Below, one piece after another: positions 38,260 through 48,502 of a stretch of DNA of 64,000 bases. The DNA is from a virus. Position numbers and translations under genes: made by a program. A model generated the notes under the pieces. It was not told the DNA's origin. It was given only the letters and a program-made list of their open reading frames with translations, and made no database searches. The stretch is from positions 1 to 64,000 of IMG/VR virus record IMGVR_UViG_3300047552_000481. One strand, written 5' to 3'. Each line of letters starts with the position of its first letter. The stretch's first letter is position 1.

Positions 38260-38261
38260 GA
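37146..38261 (+). CDS. Homing endonuclease-like protein, 4 Zn-ribbon repeats plus GIY-YIG-like domain
   Basis: Three CPExxHPNF..PDD..CPxC modules and one CLVC..W..GCPNC; LYYIKI..YKIGIT..GNTEIF. Confidence 0.75.
   Translation: MKKLSLEDFNNRLKEKGIKYTCLVYYNTREITEFSCPELDHPNFYARPDDILYEKKKCPCCTGKITKHTLESFNIKLEEVGIKYRCVDYVAAKKLSSFACPESCHPNFYAYPDDIFRGKKSCPCCTSDRESWMNFRLKSKNIAYTCETYNGSDKKSEFSCPEPDHPNFWCDPDDVFKELRGCPICTNYVERNNWDTESYDKLLLSKNIVAYGFVGSNIKIKHECLVCEYGKDGEWYTKPIYLIYHDSGCPNCADYTFDLNKNAILYYIKIYHNDNILYKIGITTRTIKKRLVGERIKYDVLFSKKYEIGRDAKRVETLILEKYNHHKYDGDKILRYTGNTEIFICDIFGGTYDLTELEECDIMGVDDFKFE
38205..38233 (+). promoter_or_regulatory. Sigma70 promoter inside the endonuclease 3' end
   Basis: TTGACT-N17-TATAAT. 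Confidence 0.75.
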
Positions 38262-38268
38262 GGGAATT

Positions 38269-38433
38269 ATGAAATACTGTAAAGATTGTAAGCATTATGA
38301 TATAGATTATTGTTATCGAGATTGGGATGAAAAGGAGGTTAGATATTTGTGTAAGTATGAACGATATAATGATAATAAAATCGCATGTGGAAGAGATGCT
38401 AAATATTTTGAACCATATAAGGAAGAAAACTGA
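38269..38433 (+). CDS. Small Cys-rich protein
   Basis: KYCKDCK..CYR..C..ERY..CG.DAKYFEP. Confidence 0.65.
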   Translation: MKYCKDCKHYDIDYCYRDWDEKEVRYLCKYERYNDNKIACGRDAKYFEPYKEEN

Positions 38434-38475
38434 TGTAAATAACATCTAATTGTGTTTAATCTGGGGGGGCCGGAA

Positions 38476-38706
38476 ATGAGCAAATATTGTAAAGATTGTA
38501 AATATTCGAAAAATTGTGGTGATCAATTATATTTTTGTTATAGAAAAGATGAAAAGGAAATTAATCTTGTGACTGGAACCATAATGGTCAAAGTTGTATC
38601 TTGTCGTGATGAAAGGTATAGTAAAGATAAATTATCATGTGGTGCAGATGCAAAATTTTTCGAACCAAAGGTTGAACTGAAGGTTGAAATAAAGGTAAAG
38701 AAATGA
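38476..38706 (+). CDS. Small Cys-rich protein, paralogue of the previous gene
   Basis: KYCKDCK..CYR..C..ERY..CGADAKFFEP. Confidence 0.65.
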   Translation: MSKYCKDCKYSKNCGDQLYFCYRKDEKEINLVTGTIMVKVVSCRDERYSKDKLSCGADAKFFEPKVELKVEIKVKK

Positions 38707-39191
38707 ATTATAATGATATACCACAAAGAATTAAGAGCTATTATAAGGTTGATTCTGATTGGGAATATTTCCAAGATTGGCTAACGAAACATGGTGTGAT
38801 ATTAAATCCAGATTTCCAGCGGGGTGTAGTTTGGGATGAGAATAAGCAAATAAAATATATTGAATACGTTTTATCTGGTGGAGAATCTGGCAGAGATATT
38901 TATTTTAATCATCCCGGTTGGATGTCTTCATTTGAAGGTGAAATGGTTTGTGTTGATGGATTACAACGAATTACTGCGGTTCAAAGATTTTTAAATAATG
39001 AAATTCCAGCATATAATACGTTTCATAAAGATTTTGAAGGGAGAACAAACAATAAACAATTTGTTATTTTTGTTGGTAAATTGCAAACAAAAAAGGATGT
39101 TTTGAAATGGTATTTGGAAATGAATGAGGGAAGAACCGCCCATACTGAGGAAGATTTGAATAAAGTTAGAAATATGTTAAATTCAATATAG
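38703..39191 (+). CDS. DUF262 (ParB-like) domain protein
   Basis: PDFQRGVVW, VDGLQRITA. Confidence 0.8.
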   Translation: MNYNDIPQRIKSYYKVDSDWEYFQDWLTKHGVILNPDFQRGVVWDENKQIKYIEYVLSGGESGRDIYFNHPGWMSSFEGEMVCVDGLQRITAVQRFLNNEIPAYNTFHKDFEGRTNNKQFVIFVGKLQTKKDVLKWYLEMNEGRTAHTEEDLNKVRNMLNSI

Positions 39192-39199
39192 GAAAAATT

Positions 39200-39955
39200 A
39201 TGTCAGAATTAGTAACTATTGTAACAGCAACTACTGCAACAGATTATTTAAAGAGAAATATTGAATCTGTTCAGAAGCAAACATACACAAATTTTCAACA
39301 TTTAATTTTTATTGATGGGATTATTGGTGGTCCAAAGAACTTATCAAGAGTTCAAGAAATGATTTCGAATATGGCATTAAAAAATGTAGATTTTATTCCT
39401 CTTCCATATTCAGTAGGTCATTCAGGGTGGAATGGTCATAGAATGTATATGGCAGCATTAGCCCTGGCATCCGATAAAGCAGAATATATTTGTTTTCTAG
39501 ATGAAGATAACTACATTGATGAAGATCATATTGAATCATTATATAAAGTAATAAAGAACGGTAATGAATATGCATTTTCACTGAGAAAAATTGTTGATAA
39601 GGATGGAAACTTCGTTGTAAATGATGATTGTGAAAGTCTAGGATTATGGCATAGTATTTTACATCCAGAAGATTATTTTATTGATTTGAATTGTTTCTTT
39701 CTCAAGAGATTATTAGCAAATCAATTGGCACCAATATTTTATAGGAAAGCGCGTGATCCTAATATGCAACCAGAAATTGATCGAGCTTTATCACAAGTGT
39801 TGAGACAGAATAATCTCAAATATGATACTAATTATAAGTATACACTAAATTATACAGCAGGAAATACACAGAAGTCGGTACAGAAAGAATTTTTCCTAAA
39901 TGGAAATCAACAGATGTTGGTGAAATATAATGGATCATTACCATGGGTAAAATAA
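39200..39955 (+). CDS. Glycosyltransferase family 2
   Basis: IESVQKQTY.N, YICFLDEDN. Confidence 0.85.
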   Translation: MSELVTIVTATTATDYLKRNIESVQKQTYTNFQHLIFIDGIIGGPKNLSRVQEMISNMALKNVDFIPLPYSVGHSGWNGHRMYMAALALASDKAEYICFLDEDNYIDEDHIESLYKVIKNGNEYAFSLRKIVDKDGNFVVNDDCESLGLWHSILHPEDYFIDLNCFFLKRLLANQLAPIFYRKARDPNMQPEIDRALSQVLRQNNLKYDTNYKYTLNYTAGNTQKSVQKEFFLNGNQQMLVKYNGSLPWVK

Positions 39956-40273
39956 ATGAATATTGTAAGTTATAAAATTGCATATAAATTATTAAATAAA
40001 AGAAAGGATAATTCGTTGGGACCATTATTTATTAATAAGAAACAACGGATACCAATTGGAATTTTATTAAAGGCAGAACCACACAAAACGAAAGGATTTG
40101 CATTTAGACCGGGCTGGCATTGCACATCAAATCCTATTGCTCCTCATTTAAAAATGAATAATAGAGTTTGGACTAAAGTTATAATCTCAGATTTTGAAGA
40201 AATTAAACGACCACAAAATCAAGGAGGAATTTGGTACATTGCTAATTACATGCAAATATTAGAAATTTTATAA
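39956..40273 (+). CDS. Hypothetical phage protein
   Basis: H.TKGFAFRPGWHC..P.APHL. Confidence 0.6.
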   Translation: MNIVSYKIAYKLLNKRKDNSLGPLFINKKQRIPIGILLKAEPHKTKGFAFRPGWHCTSNPIAPHLKMNNRVWTKVIISDFEEIKRPQNQGGIWYIANYMQILEIL

Positions 40274-40282
40274 GGAAGTTAA

Positions 40283-40477
40283 ATGGACACGATTCCGCTC
40301 AAATGTTTAATTTGTATAGAAGAGATATTGAATATTAGATATAATACGAGTTTGGAAGATAGTATCAAAAGACAATATTTTGCCTCGGAGCATTTTCGAA
40401 TGATATTTGAAATAGCTTTGAAAGAAGCTTGTAAGAAAATTTATGAAGTGGTACCAAAAGATGATTATAGTATCTGA
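40283..40477 (+). CDS. Hypothetical protein
   Basis: AAGGA SD. Confidence 0.45.
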   Translation: MDTIPLKCLICIEEILNIRYNTSLEDSIKRQYFASEHFRMIFEIALKEACKKIYEVVPKDDYSI

Positions 40478-40805
40478 AGATGAATTCGTTAAGAATTTAA
40501 AATTAAAATTGAAAGGTGTTTCAGTAAAATCTGTTACAGGACCGGGGAGAAGTGGTGCCGTCGCATCTGTATTTTCATCACATATTCTGAGGATTCCTTT
40601 CATTCCATACGGGCAAACATGTCCTGATAATTTACGACCACTATTGGTTGTTGATACCGCTAAACAATCTGGTGTAACATTAAGGAAAGCACAAAAGAAA
40701 TATGGTCCAAATTCTGTTGTCATAAATATTTACGACGAACCTCCACGGGTTAAATTCTGGTACGAATTTTTGGGTGAACAATATGAAAGTAGCAATTCTC
40801 AATAA
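40461..40805 (+). CDS. Phosphoribosyltransferase-like small protein
   Basis: GPGRSG and PRPP-loop-like LLVVDTAKQSGVTL. Confidence 0.55.
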   Translation: MIIVSEDEFVKNLKLKLKGVSVKSVTGPGRSGAVASVFSSHILRIPFIPYGQTCPDNLRPLLVVDTAKQSGVTLRKAQKKYGPNSVVINIYDEPPRVKFWYEFLGEQYESSNSQ

Positions 40806-41715
40806 CTGGTGTAATGACGAACAATTCTTCATTTACAAACTTCTCAAACAACTATTCCCCGTTGAATTAACGAATGATCCAATCAATTGTGACATTCTAA
40901 TTCATTCTGTATTTGGGTTTGATGAATCCTATAAACACACAAAAGCAAAATTTAAAATCTTAACCTCTTGGGAAACCAGATTTTACATTGATATATTCAA
41001 TGAACGTCTCCCATATTCTGATATAGTAATTTCATATCACCCAACTAAAAATAATTTCTATAGATTACCACTTTGGTATCAATGGATCGATTGGTGGAAT
41101 GAAAATTCATCTGATCAAGTGACAACGGTTTGTGGTCAATCACATCATTATATTGGTGGAAATACTCTTCCGAATCATCTTGTCCCAACACCCTTAAATA
41201 TAAGGAAAAATATTTATACTGCTCCCTCGGTCAGAAAAAGACCAAACTTTTGTGCGATGTTAGTTGGTAACATGGAACCAGAATGTGTTGCTCCCAGACA
41301 AGAAATTTATAATGAATTATCCAAGAATATTGATGTTGTATCTGGGTTTGGTCTAGCATTTCAAAACAGATTTGAAGGAAATAAGATTGAATTATTAACC
41401 AGATTCAAAGCAAACTGCTGTTATGAAAATTCTATACATCGTGGGTATACGACAGAAAAAATTCTAGATGCCATATTCGCTGGATGTTTACCTATATATT
41501 CTGGTGATCCAGAATATTCTAAAATCGACTTTAACCAAAAACGATTTTTAAATAGACAAGATTATTCTTCCACAGCAGAATTTGTTAAAGAAGTAAAATC
41601 AGTCATGGAAGATAAATTTGAATTTGATGATATAATCAATCAACCAATGTTCACAGATAACCAAATTCCAAACCTAGACGGTATATATCAATTTTTAGAG
41701 GATAAAATAAAATGA
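40783..41715 (+). CDS. GT10 (alpha-1,3-fucosyltransferase-like) glycosyltransferase
   Basis: YENS..GYTTEKILDA..GCLPIY.G. Confidence 0.85.
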   Translation: MKVAILNNWCNDEQFFIYKLLKQLFPVELTNDPINCDILIHSVFGFDESYKHTKAKFKILTSWETRFYIDIFNERLPYSDIVISYHPTKNNFYRLPLWYQWIDWWNENSSDQVTTVCGQSHHYIGGNTLPNHLVPTPLNIRKNIYTAPSVRKRPNFCAMLVGNMEPECVAPRQEIYNELSKNIDVVSGFGLAFQNRFEGNKIELLTRFKANCCYENSIHRGYTTEKILDAIFAGCLPIYSGDPEYSKIDFNQKRFLNRQDYSSTAEFVKEVKSVMEDKFEFDDIINQPMFTDNQIPNLDGIYQFLEDKIK

Positions 41716-42689
41716 AAATTTGTTTCCATGTTAATAACTTGTCAATCAGGGGTACCACAACCGCCATTATAGATTACGGGACATATAATGAAACGTTACT
41801 GAACAATACTTCAATTATCGCATATCACAAAAATCTATTGGATGAACTTCGTGATGAAAATTTTGTTATGCGGGAAGAAGTGGCAAAAATGTTCAAAGAC
41901 AAATTTGATGTGATTGAATACACCGATAAAGGTAATCTATTAAATGAATTAAAGAAACGTGAATGTGAATATATCCATTATCTGAAAGCCGGATTCAAAG
42001 ATGATGATTTCTTGTTTGGTGTAAAGAATCTGATCCAGTGTGTATTCTCACATTTGGAGCCACACGGGCACAAATATTGTTACATTTCAGAATGGTTATC
42101 TAACGAAGCTTCTGGTGGCGAATATCCATTTGTTCCCCATATTGTTACATTACCTACAGAACAAACTGAAAATTGGCGATTAAAATTAGGAATTCCAAAT
42201 GATAAGATTGTTGTGGGTCGTCATGGTGGATTTCATCAATTCAGTATACCCTTTGTAAAAGACATTATCAATTTTGTGGCACATTCAGATGAAAAATTTA
42301 GATTTGTTTTCGTTAATACTGAAAAATTTACAGATCATCCTAATGTTATCTTTTGTGATCCTATTATTAGTCCGCAAGATAAGACCAATTTTATTTTAGC
42401 ATCCGATGCGATGATACACGCCAGACCGGATGGTGAATCATTCGGGCTTAGTATAGCGGAAGGATTATTTCACAATAAGCCAGTTTTCACTTGTGGATTA
42501 GGAAGAGACAAAAATAACATAGAGCTTGTAAAAGGCTACGATCTGTGTTATAATAACCAGTACGAGTTGTTGGATATGATTTTCAGGCTAAAATATGGGC
42601 ATCATAAATATCAATATAATTATGCTGTGAAGGAATTTAGCCCAGAAAATGTGATGAAGAAATTTGAAGAGGTATTTTTAAATGAATAA
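41712..42689 (+). CDS. GT-B (GT4-like) glycosyltransferase
   Basis: RGTT.A..DY, GRHGG, DAMIHAR..GESFGLSIAE. Confidence 0.8.
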   Translation: MKICFHVNNLSIRGTTTAIIDYGTYNETLLNNTSIIAYHKNLLDELRDENFVMREEVAKMFKDKFDVIEYTDKGNLLNELKKRECEYIHYLKAGFKDDDFLFGVKNLIQCVFSHLEPHGHKYCYISEWLSNEASGGEYPFVPHIVTLPTEQTENWRLKLGIPNDKIVVGRHGGFHQFSIPFVKDIINFVAHSDEKFRFVFVNTEKFTDHPNVIFCDPIISPQDKTNFILASDAMIHARPDGESFGLSIAEGLFHNKPVFTCGLGRDKNNIELVKGYDLCYNNQYELLDMIFRLKYGHHKYQYNYAVKEFSPENVMKKFEEVFLNE

Positions 42690-43416
42690 AGATTATGATA
42701 TTTACGTAATGCATTATACTCCGCATGAGTCTAGACGAAAACTCATGTATAATATTTTACAGAAAGAAAACTGTGATAAAGAAGTGATTTTCATTGAATC
42801 TTATGATGGCGAAGAAGTTACTTATGAAGATTACTTAAAGCATTTCAAAGCAGATACATTAGAATGGCAGAATCGCGGTTATAAAAAATTTTGGCCACAT
42901 TACCCATTAAAGAAACAAGAAGTATCGTTAGCCTTAAAACATGTTACTGCTATGCGGATATTTTTGGAATCGGATAAGGATATTGCATTATTTCTAGAAG
43001 ATGATGCAATTCTGGATGAAGGGTTCTTTACTAAATTAGATAAGCATCTTGATACATTAAATACTTATTTTGATGTGGCATTTATTGGTCGGGGGTGTAA
43101 ACCAAGTATAAGTAATGTAGAAGGTTGGCATTTTAACCTGGAAGATAGAAATACTGATTCAATGATAATGAGTCGAAAATTTGTAACTAAATTTTTAGAC
43201 TATGTTGACACAATTCGCATGTGTTTTCCCATTGATCACGAGTTGAATTATTTTATTGGGTATTGTAGATGTAATGTTTATTGGTTAGAACCACCAATTG
43301 TAACACAAGGAAGTCATCTTGGAATTTTTGATTCGTTTCAAGATGCACATTCTAAATTTAATGATAAAACATTACCAGTTCGATCTGATCTAAATGAATT
43401 GATGGAGCAAATATGA
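42682..43416 (+). CDS. GT25-like glycosyltransferase
   Basis: RR..M, EVSLALKH, LFLEDDA, PIDH. Confidence 0.75.
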   Translation: MNKDYDIYVMHYTPHESRRKLMYNILQKENCDKEVIFIESYDGEEVTYEDYLKHFKADTLEWQNRGYKKFWPHYPLKKQEVSLALKHVTAMRIFLESDKDIALFLEDDAILDEGFFTKLDKHLDTLNTYFDVAFIGRGCKPSISNVEGWHFNLEDRNTDSMIMSRKFVTKFLDYVDTIRMCFPIDHELNYFIGYCRCNVYWLEPPIVTQGSHLGIFDSFQDAHSKFNDKTLPVRSDLNELMEQI

Positions 43417-44159
43417 AATATGCAATTTGTTATCGAGGTATCTCGTTTATTGAGAATTATTCTCATAAAGATGATATTCCTTCATACACGATAGATTTCG
43501 CTAATACAATTCCATTCAACAGGAAATATTTAATTGATCCTTTATTGGAACGTGGGGATGAAGTAGATATCTTTTTCAACACATATGATTCAGAGAAATT
43601 TGATTATTTTGAAAAAGAAATGAATCCTGTTGCGGTTAGAACAAGTGTATTTGACAATAATATCAAATATTGTAATTGGCCTAACATCTGGCAAATTTCA
43701 ATTGATACTATGGAAATGGTTGATAGTCATCAAAAAGTATCAGGAAAGTGGTATGATTATATCATTTTGTTTAGATATGATCTAATCCCATATATGGATT
43801 TTTCAAAGATCTTTATTCCAATGGATGCTGTTTCGTGTCCAAGTCCACAAGATGATATGTTTACTGTTATCCCTGGCTATCTACTAAGTGATGTATTACA
43901 TTTATTCAAAGAGTTCAAGTATTCTGGCATGATACATAATTATACAGCCATATTAAGTCATTTTGGAATTAAATGTCATACCATGTTTACGAAAGATTTT
44001 GACAGAGATTCATATCCATTTTTTAGGAATACTAGACATATCTTTGTTCCAGAAGATCATCCATATTATGAACACAAAATTGAAGACATTTTTGATCCTA
44101 ACCATAAAAAATATGGACTGAAATATGAGGCACACGATAAATTCGTCTCTTGTGTATAA
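43413..44159 (+). CDS. Hypothetical glycan-pathway protein
   Basis: KYAICYRG, VDIFFNTY, YDYIILFRYDL; similar to 47130 and 48499. Confidence 0.55.
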   Translation: MKYAICYRGISFIENYSHKDDIPSYTIDFANTIPFNRKYLIDPLLERGDEVDIFFNTYDSEKFDYFEKEMNPVAVRTSVFDNNIKYCNWPNIWQISIDTMEMVDSHQKVSGKWYDYIILFRYDLIPYMDFSKIFIPMDAVSCPSPQDDMFTVIPGYLLSDVLHLFKEFKYSGMIHNYTAILSHFGIKCHTMFTKDFDRDSYPFFRNTRHIFVPEDHPYYEHKIEDIFDPNHKKYGLKYEAHDKFVSCV

Positions 44160-44168
44160 GGAGAACAT

Positions 44169-45545
44169 ATGAATAAACTTATTATATTCGATTTGGATGG
44201 TGTTTTGGTAGAATCGAAAGAGTGGCATTTCTACAGTTTAAATGATGCATTAGAGAAGGTTGATCCAAAGTATATGATATCGTATGATGAACATTTATCA
44301 ACATATGATGGATTGAACACAACCAAGAAACTAAAAATTCTAACACAGAACAAAGGTTTAGATCCAAAATATTATGATCAAGTTTGGCAAGACAAGCAGA
44401 CTGCAACATTTGAAATTTTAAAAACAATTAAACCAAATCAAAAGAACATATCTATTTTCAAGGAATTGCGAAGTCGAGGATACAAAATTGCTGTCGCATC
44501 CAATTCAATTAGAGAATCATTAAAGTTAATGATTTTAAATATGGGATTGATGGAATATACCGATTTGTGTATTTCCAATGAAGATGTTTCCAGAACAAAA
44601 CCTTATCCAGAAATGTATTGGAAATGTATGACATTATTGAATGCATTACCCAAGAATACAATTATCATAGAAGATTCCCATCTGGGCAGACAAGGTGCAT
44701 TAGATTCTGGTGCCCATTTATTGGCAATTGAAAATGTTGACGATTTAAGTTTAAGCAAGATTTTACGAAAAATAGGTGAGGTTGAGAATATGGATCATAA
44801 AGATGTACCTTGGATTGATAATAAATTAAATGTATTAATTCCTATGGCCGGGAGAGGATCTAGATTTGAGCAGGCAGGATATACATTTCCCAAACCATTA
44901 ATTGATGTTCGTGGAAAACCAATGATCAAAATGGTTGTTGATAACCTTAACATTCAAGCTAATTATATTTTCTTGGTATTAAAGGAACATATTGAGAAAT
45001 ATAATGTTGATTATATGTTACGATTGATGGTTCCTAATTGTAAGATTGTTGTTGTAGACCAAGTAACAGAAGGTTCCGCTTGTACAGTTTTATTAGCAAA
45101 AGATCTAATTGATAATGATAATCCTTTACTAATGGCAAATTCAGATCAGTTTTTGGTCTGGAATTCTAATGAAATACTTTACGCTTTCAAGAATGATTCC
45201 ATCGATGGTGGTATGGTAACATTTGAGAATTCAAGTCCAAAATGGTCATTTGCTAAATTAGATGAAAAGGGTTTCATTTCAGAAGTAGCAGAAAAGCGAC
45301 CAATCTCAGATCACGCCAATACTGGCGTGATGTATTATAGAAAGGGGTCAGATTTTGTAAAATATGCAGAACAGATGATTGAAAAGAATATTCGTGTGAA
45401 TGGTGAATTTTACACAACACCAGTAATGAATGAAGCTATCGCCGATGGTAAACTATTCAAAATCAAGCATATTGAACAATTTTGGGGAACTGGAACACCA
45501 GAAGATTTAGATTCATTCTTAAGAGATTATAAAGGTAAGGTATGA
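44169..45545 (+). CDS. HAD phosphatase fused to sugar-phosphate nucleotidyltransferase
   Basis: FDLDGVL, KP.PE, IEDS; IPMAGRGSRF..PKPLI, EK, GTPEDL. Confidence 0.9.
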   Translation: MNKLIIFDLDGVLVESKEWHFYSLNDALEKVDPKYMISYDEHLSTYDGLNTTKKLKILTQNKGLDPKYYDQVWQDKQTATFEILKTIKPNQKNISIFKELRSRGYKIAVASNSIRESLKLMILNMGLMEYTDLCISNEDVSRTKPYPEMYWKCMTLLNALPKNTIIIEDSHLGRQGALDSGAHLLAIENVDDLSLSKILRKIGEVENMDHKDVPWIDNKLNVLIPMAGRGSRFEQAGYTFPKPLIDVRGKPMIKMVVDNLNIQANYIFLVLKEHIEKYNVDYMLRLMVPNCKIVVVDQVTEGSACTVLLAKDLIDNDNPLLMANSDQFLVWNSNEILYAFKNDSIDGGMVTFENSSPKWSFAKLDEKGFISEVAEKRPISDHANTGVMYYRKGSDFVKYAEQMIEKNIRVNGEFYTTPVMNEAIADGKLFKIKHIEQFWGTGTPEDLDSFLRDYKGKV

Positions 45546-46342
45546 TCACATTAGTAACAATTTTTTATGACATAGGTAGAAAGGATTGGGGCAATTTTAC
45601 TAGGAGTGTTGAAGAATATTTAACTGCCTTTACATTTTTCTTACATTATGATTATAAGATGATTGTTTTCATTGATGACAGATATCACGATAAGTTCATT
45701 GATTATTGTGGTGGAAGATTACACGAGAACATTAAAGTAATTAGAATCAATAGAGATTGGTTAAATAATAACATTTGGGCATGGTCTAAATATAAAAAAG
45801 AAAAGGAGATTATGGGGTCTGAAACATATAGAAAAATCATTCCAGAACGAATTGCATTAAATTATCCAGAGAACACTAGACCAGAATATACTATTTTAAC
45901 TCATTCTAAAATTGATCTGGTTAATTATGTCATTGATAATAATCTAACAGAAGATGAATATGTTGGGTTTGTTGATTTTGGGTATTTTCATGACAAGACT
46001 GATCAGAGATATGTTCCCAGAGATACATTAGATATTAATAAGTTTGATTTGGATCGTGTAAATGTTTGCGCTGTTAATCCTATTAACAAGCAGGATAAGA
46101 ATATTACTTGGACATTAATTAACGCACCAGAAAAGTTAGCAGCATATTTTTTCCTTGGTAATAGAGAAAATCTTAAGAAGTTTCAAGAGTTGGCACACAA
46201 ATGGTTAGAAATCTTCCAGAATAAAAATATTGCCGACGATGAACAACATTTATGGTTACAATGTTATTTTGAGAATCCGGAATTATTTAGAGTATGGGCA
46301 TTTGGTTATTGGCATCAAGCATTGAGGCATTTTAGTAAATGA
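45542..46342 (+). CDS. HtrL/WlaTC-like glycosyltransferase
   Basis: ITLVTIFYDIGR..W, SK, VDFG, DDEQ. Confidence 0.7.
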   Translation: MITLVTIFYDIGRKDWGNFTRSVEEYLTAFTFFLHYDYKMIVFIDDRYHDKFIDYCGGRLHENIKVIRINRDWLNNNIWAWSKYKKEKEIMGSETYRKIIPERIALNYPENTRPEYTILTHSKIDLVNYVIDNNLTEDEYVGFVDFGYFHDKTDQRYVPRDTLDINKFDLDRVNVCAVNPINKQDKNITWTLINAPEKLAAYFFLGNRENLKKFQELAHKWLEIFQNKNIADDEQHLWLQCYFENPELFRVWAFGYWHQALRHFSK

Positions 46343-47145
46343 ACATTACATTTTTCATAACCCATAAAACGTTAGGTGTAGAGCATCTTGATTGTTGTTT
46401 TAAAAGTTTATCTAACCAATCATTATTATCAGCACCTATTTTTGATAAGTTATATATTTATAATACTCATGAAGACGAATTATCTAATGAATTGATATTA
46501 GAGTATTATTACTTATATTGTTTAGATCGAATGTTTGGTGGTGTTGAGATATTTCCTTATGACAGCAATACTCATAAATCATTGGGAGCAGATGTTAATG
46601 CCATCAAAGAATTTTGTCTAAATAACTTTGATGGACAAGATAGGGTTCTGATTTTAAAGTCCGATTGTCTTTTATCTAAAAATTACTTTAAAACGATTTT
46701 ATCAACAAATCAAAGGGTTAGGGGAAATGTATATTTTGTGGCACCATTTATTTGTGCGAAACAGCGAGTTCCTAATGATGAAATATTTCAGTATTTGAAT
46801 CGAGACAAAGTAGTATTTTCTGACGATATTACATTTTTTGTGGAAGATCAGTATCAGAGTATTAATACTGATTTCAACAACAGAGACATTGATATTCTAA
46901 GTGAACAAATCAAATTTACATCTTGTTATGTAATTAGAGATTTCTCATGCCACTATTTCAATGTTGGTTTATTTCCTAATATAACTATTCAATATCAAAG
47001 TTGGGGTGGTGTTAATTTTTCAGAATTGATTCCTCATTTTGTTAGGACCGAAGATTGTTTTGTTATTCACAAATATCATTCTATCTTATCGGAAAATAGA
47101 AATACTGATAGAGAAGGACCGGTTAAGGCGTGGTTAGAAAGTTGA
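46339..47145 (+). CDS. Hypothetical GT-A-like protein
   Basis: VLILKSDCLL; position in glycan cluster. Confidence 0.45.
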   Translation: MNITFFITHKTLGVEHLDCCFKSLSNQSLLSAPIFDKLYIYNTHEDELSNELILEYYYLYCLDRMFGGVEIFPYDSNTHKSLGADVNAIKEFCLNNFDGQDRVLILKSDCLLSKNYFKTILSTNQRVRGNVYFVAPFICAKQRVPNDEIFQYLNRDKVVFSDDITFFVEDQYQSINTDFNNRDIDILSEQIKFTSCYVIRDFSCHYFNVGLFPNITIQYQSWGGVNFSELIPHFVRTEDCFVIHKYHSILSENRNTDREGPVKAWLES

Positions 47146-47786
47146 AAATAGCAGTATTATTGCCGGGTCATATCAGAGCCTGGGATTATTGTAAGCAAAA
47201 TTTTATGGATACAATCTATGATAATACTCATCAAATAGATGTTTTCATTGATACTTATAATGATATATTTAGGAATGATTATCAATTACATAAAGAAAAT
47301 GAGATGGGTATAATTAAGGATGATTCTGAGGTATTATCATTATTTGAAGGAATTAATGTTGTTGATTTTAAGATTGAGAATCAAATTCCTGGTGATGCTG
47401 AACAGATGCAGATTAGGAAGATATTAAAGAACGTCGAGACATATGAAAATTATGAACAAATGAATGGATTATATGATTTAGTTATAAAGAGTAGATGTGA
47501 TATATTATTGGATGAGAAATTGGATTATGAAGAGATTCATAGGAATTGTGTAGAATCGAGGTTGATATATATTGGTACTGGTGCTGTACATATGCGAGAA
47601 AACGATATGTTTGCAATATGTAATAGTGAAACATTTAAATTTTATGGTAAAAGATTTTTAGATTTTCCAACGATTCATAGGAGTATGAATGAAATAGAAT
47701 TGAAATATAATGTTTCATATTCACAAACAATTGGAATATCTATTGTACGATTAGATGGTAACAAAAACTATACGGTGTTCAAATGA
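47130..47786 (+). CDS. Hypothetical glycan-pathway protein
   Basis: KIAVLLPGHIR, DVFIDTY, YDLVIKSRCD, ND.FA. Confidence 0.55.
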   Translation: MVRKLKIAVLLPGHIRAWDYCKQNFMDTIYDNTHQIDVFIDTYNDIFRNDYQLHKENEMGIIKDDSEVLSLFEGINVVDFKIENQIPGDAEQMQIRKILKNVETYENYEQMNGLYDLVIKSRCDILLDEKLDYEEIHRNCVESRLIYIGTGAVHMRENDMFAICNSETFKFYGKRFLDFPTIHRSMNEIELKYNVSYSQTIGISIVRLDGNKNYTVFK

Positions 47787-48502
47787 CAAATTTATATAAC
47801 AGTAGTGGAAAAATTGATAGAGATCAAGACATTTATGATGCATTTAATGATTTTATATTTTCCACAGACAGGAACATATTTAATAAGATGTGGGCAAAAA
47901 TGTATTTCTATGAAATGACAAAAGATTTACATGGAGATATAGTTGAATGTGGAGTATTTAAAGGTTCTGGCATGTCGGTTTGGTTGAAATTATTAGATAT
48001 GTATGAACCTAATAGTATAAAAAAAGTAATTGGGTTTGATATGTTTGATCCTGGGTTTGTTGATAATTTAGAAGATATAGAAAAACATACGATGCAACAG
48101 GTATTTGATAGATGCAATATTGATTATGATGATGTATCATTGGAAACCATTAACAATAGATTATTAAATGCGGAATTTAAACATGATAAATTTGAATTAG
48201 TAAAGGGCGATGTTTCATTTACAACTGAAGAATTTGTTGTTTCTCGTCCTGGTGCAAAAATTAGTATTTTATATCTTGATTTAGATTTAGAAGAACCAAC
48301 ATATAATGTATTATATAATTTGTGGGATCGAGTTGTTCCGGGTGGTGTAATTGTATTTGATGAATATTGTTATCACAAATGGACAGAAACGGCAGCAGCA
48401 GATAATTTTTTATCATATTTAGATTTCAAATATATAAAGGAAAATGGTTTTAAATTAAGCAAATTAAATATTAAATCACCAACAGCGTATATAATCAAAT
48501 GA
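47783..48502 (+). CDS. TylF/MycF-family O-methyltransferase
   Basis: GDIVECGVFKG, GFDMF, LDLDL, GGVIVFDEY. Confidence 0.88.
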   Translation: MTNLYNSSGKIDRDQDIYDAFNDFIFSTDRNIFNKMWAKMYFYEMTKDLHGDIVECGVFKGSGMSVWLKLLDMYEPNSIKKVIGFDMFDPGFVDNLEDIEKHTMQQVFDRCNIDYDDVSLETINNRLLNAEFKHDKFELVKGDVSFTTEEFVVSRPGAKISILYLDLDLEEPTYNVLYNLWDRVVPGGVIVFDEYCYHKWTETAAADNFLSYLDFKYIKENGFKLSKLNIKSPTAYIIK

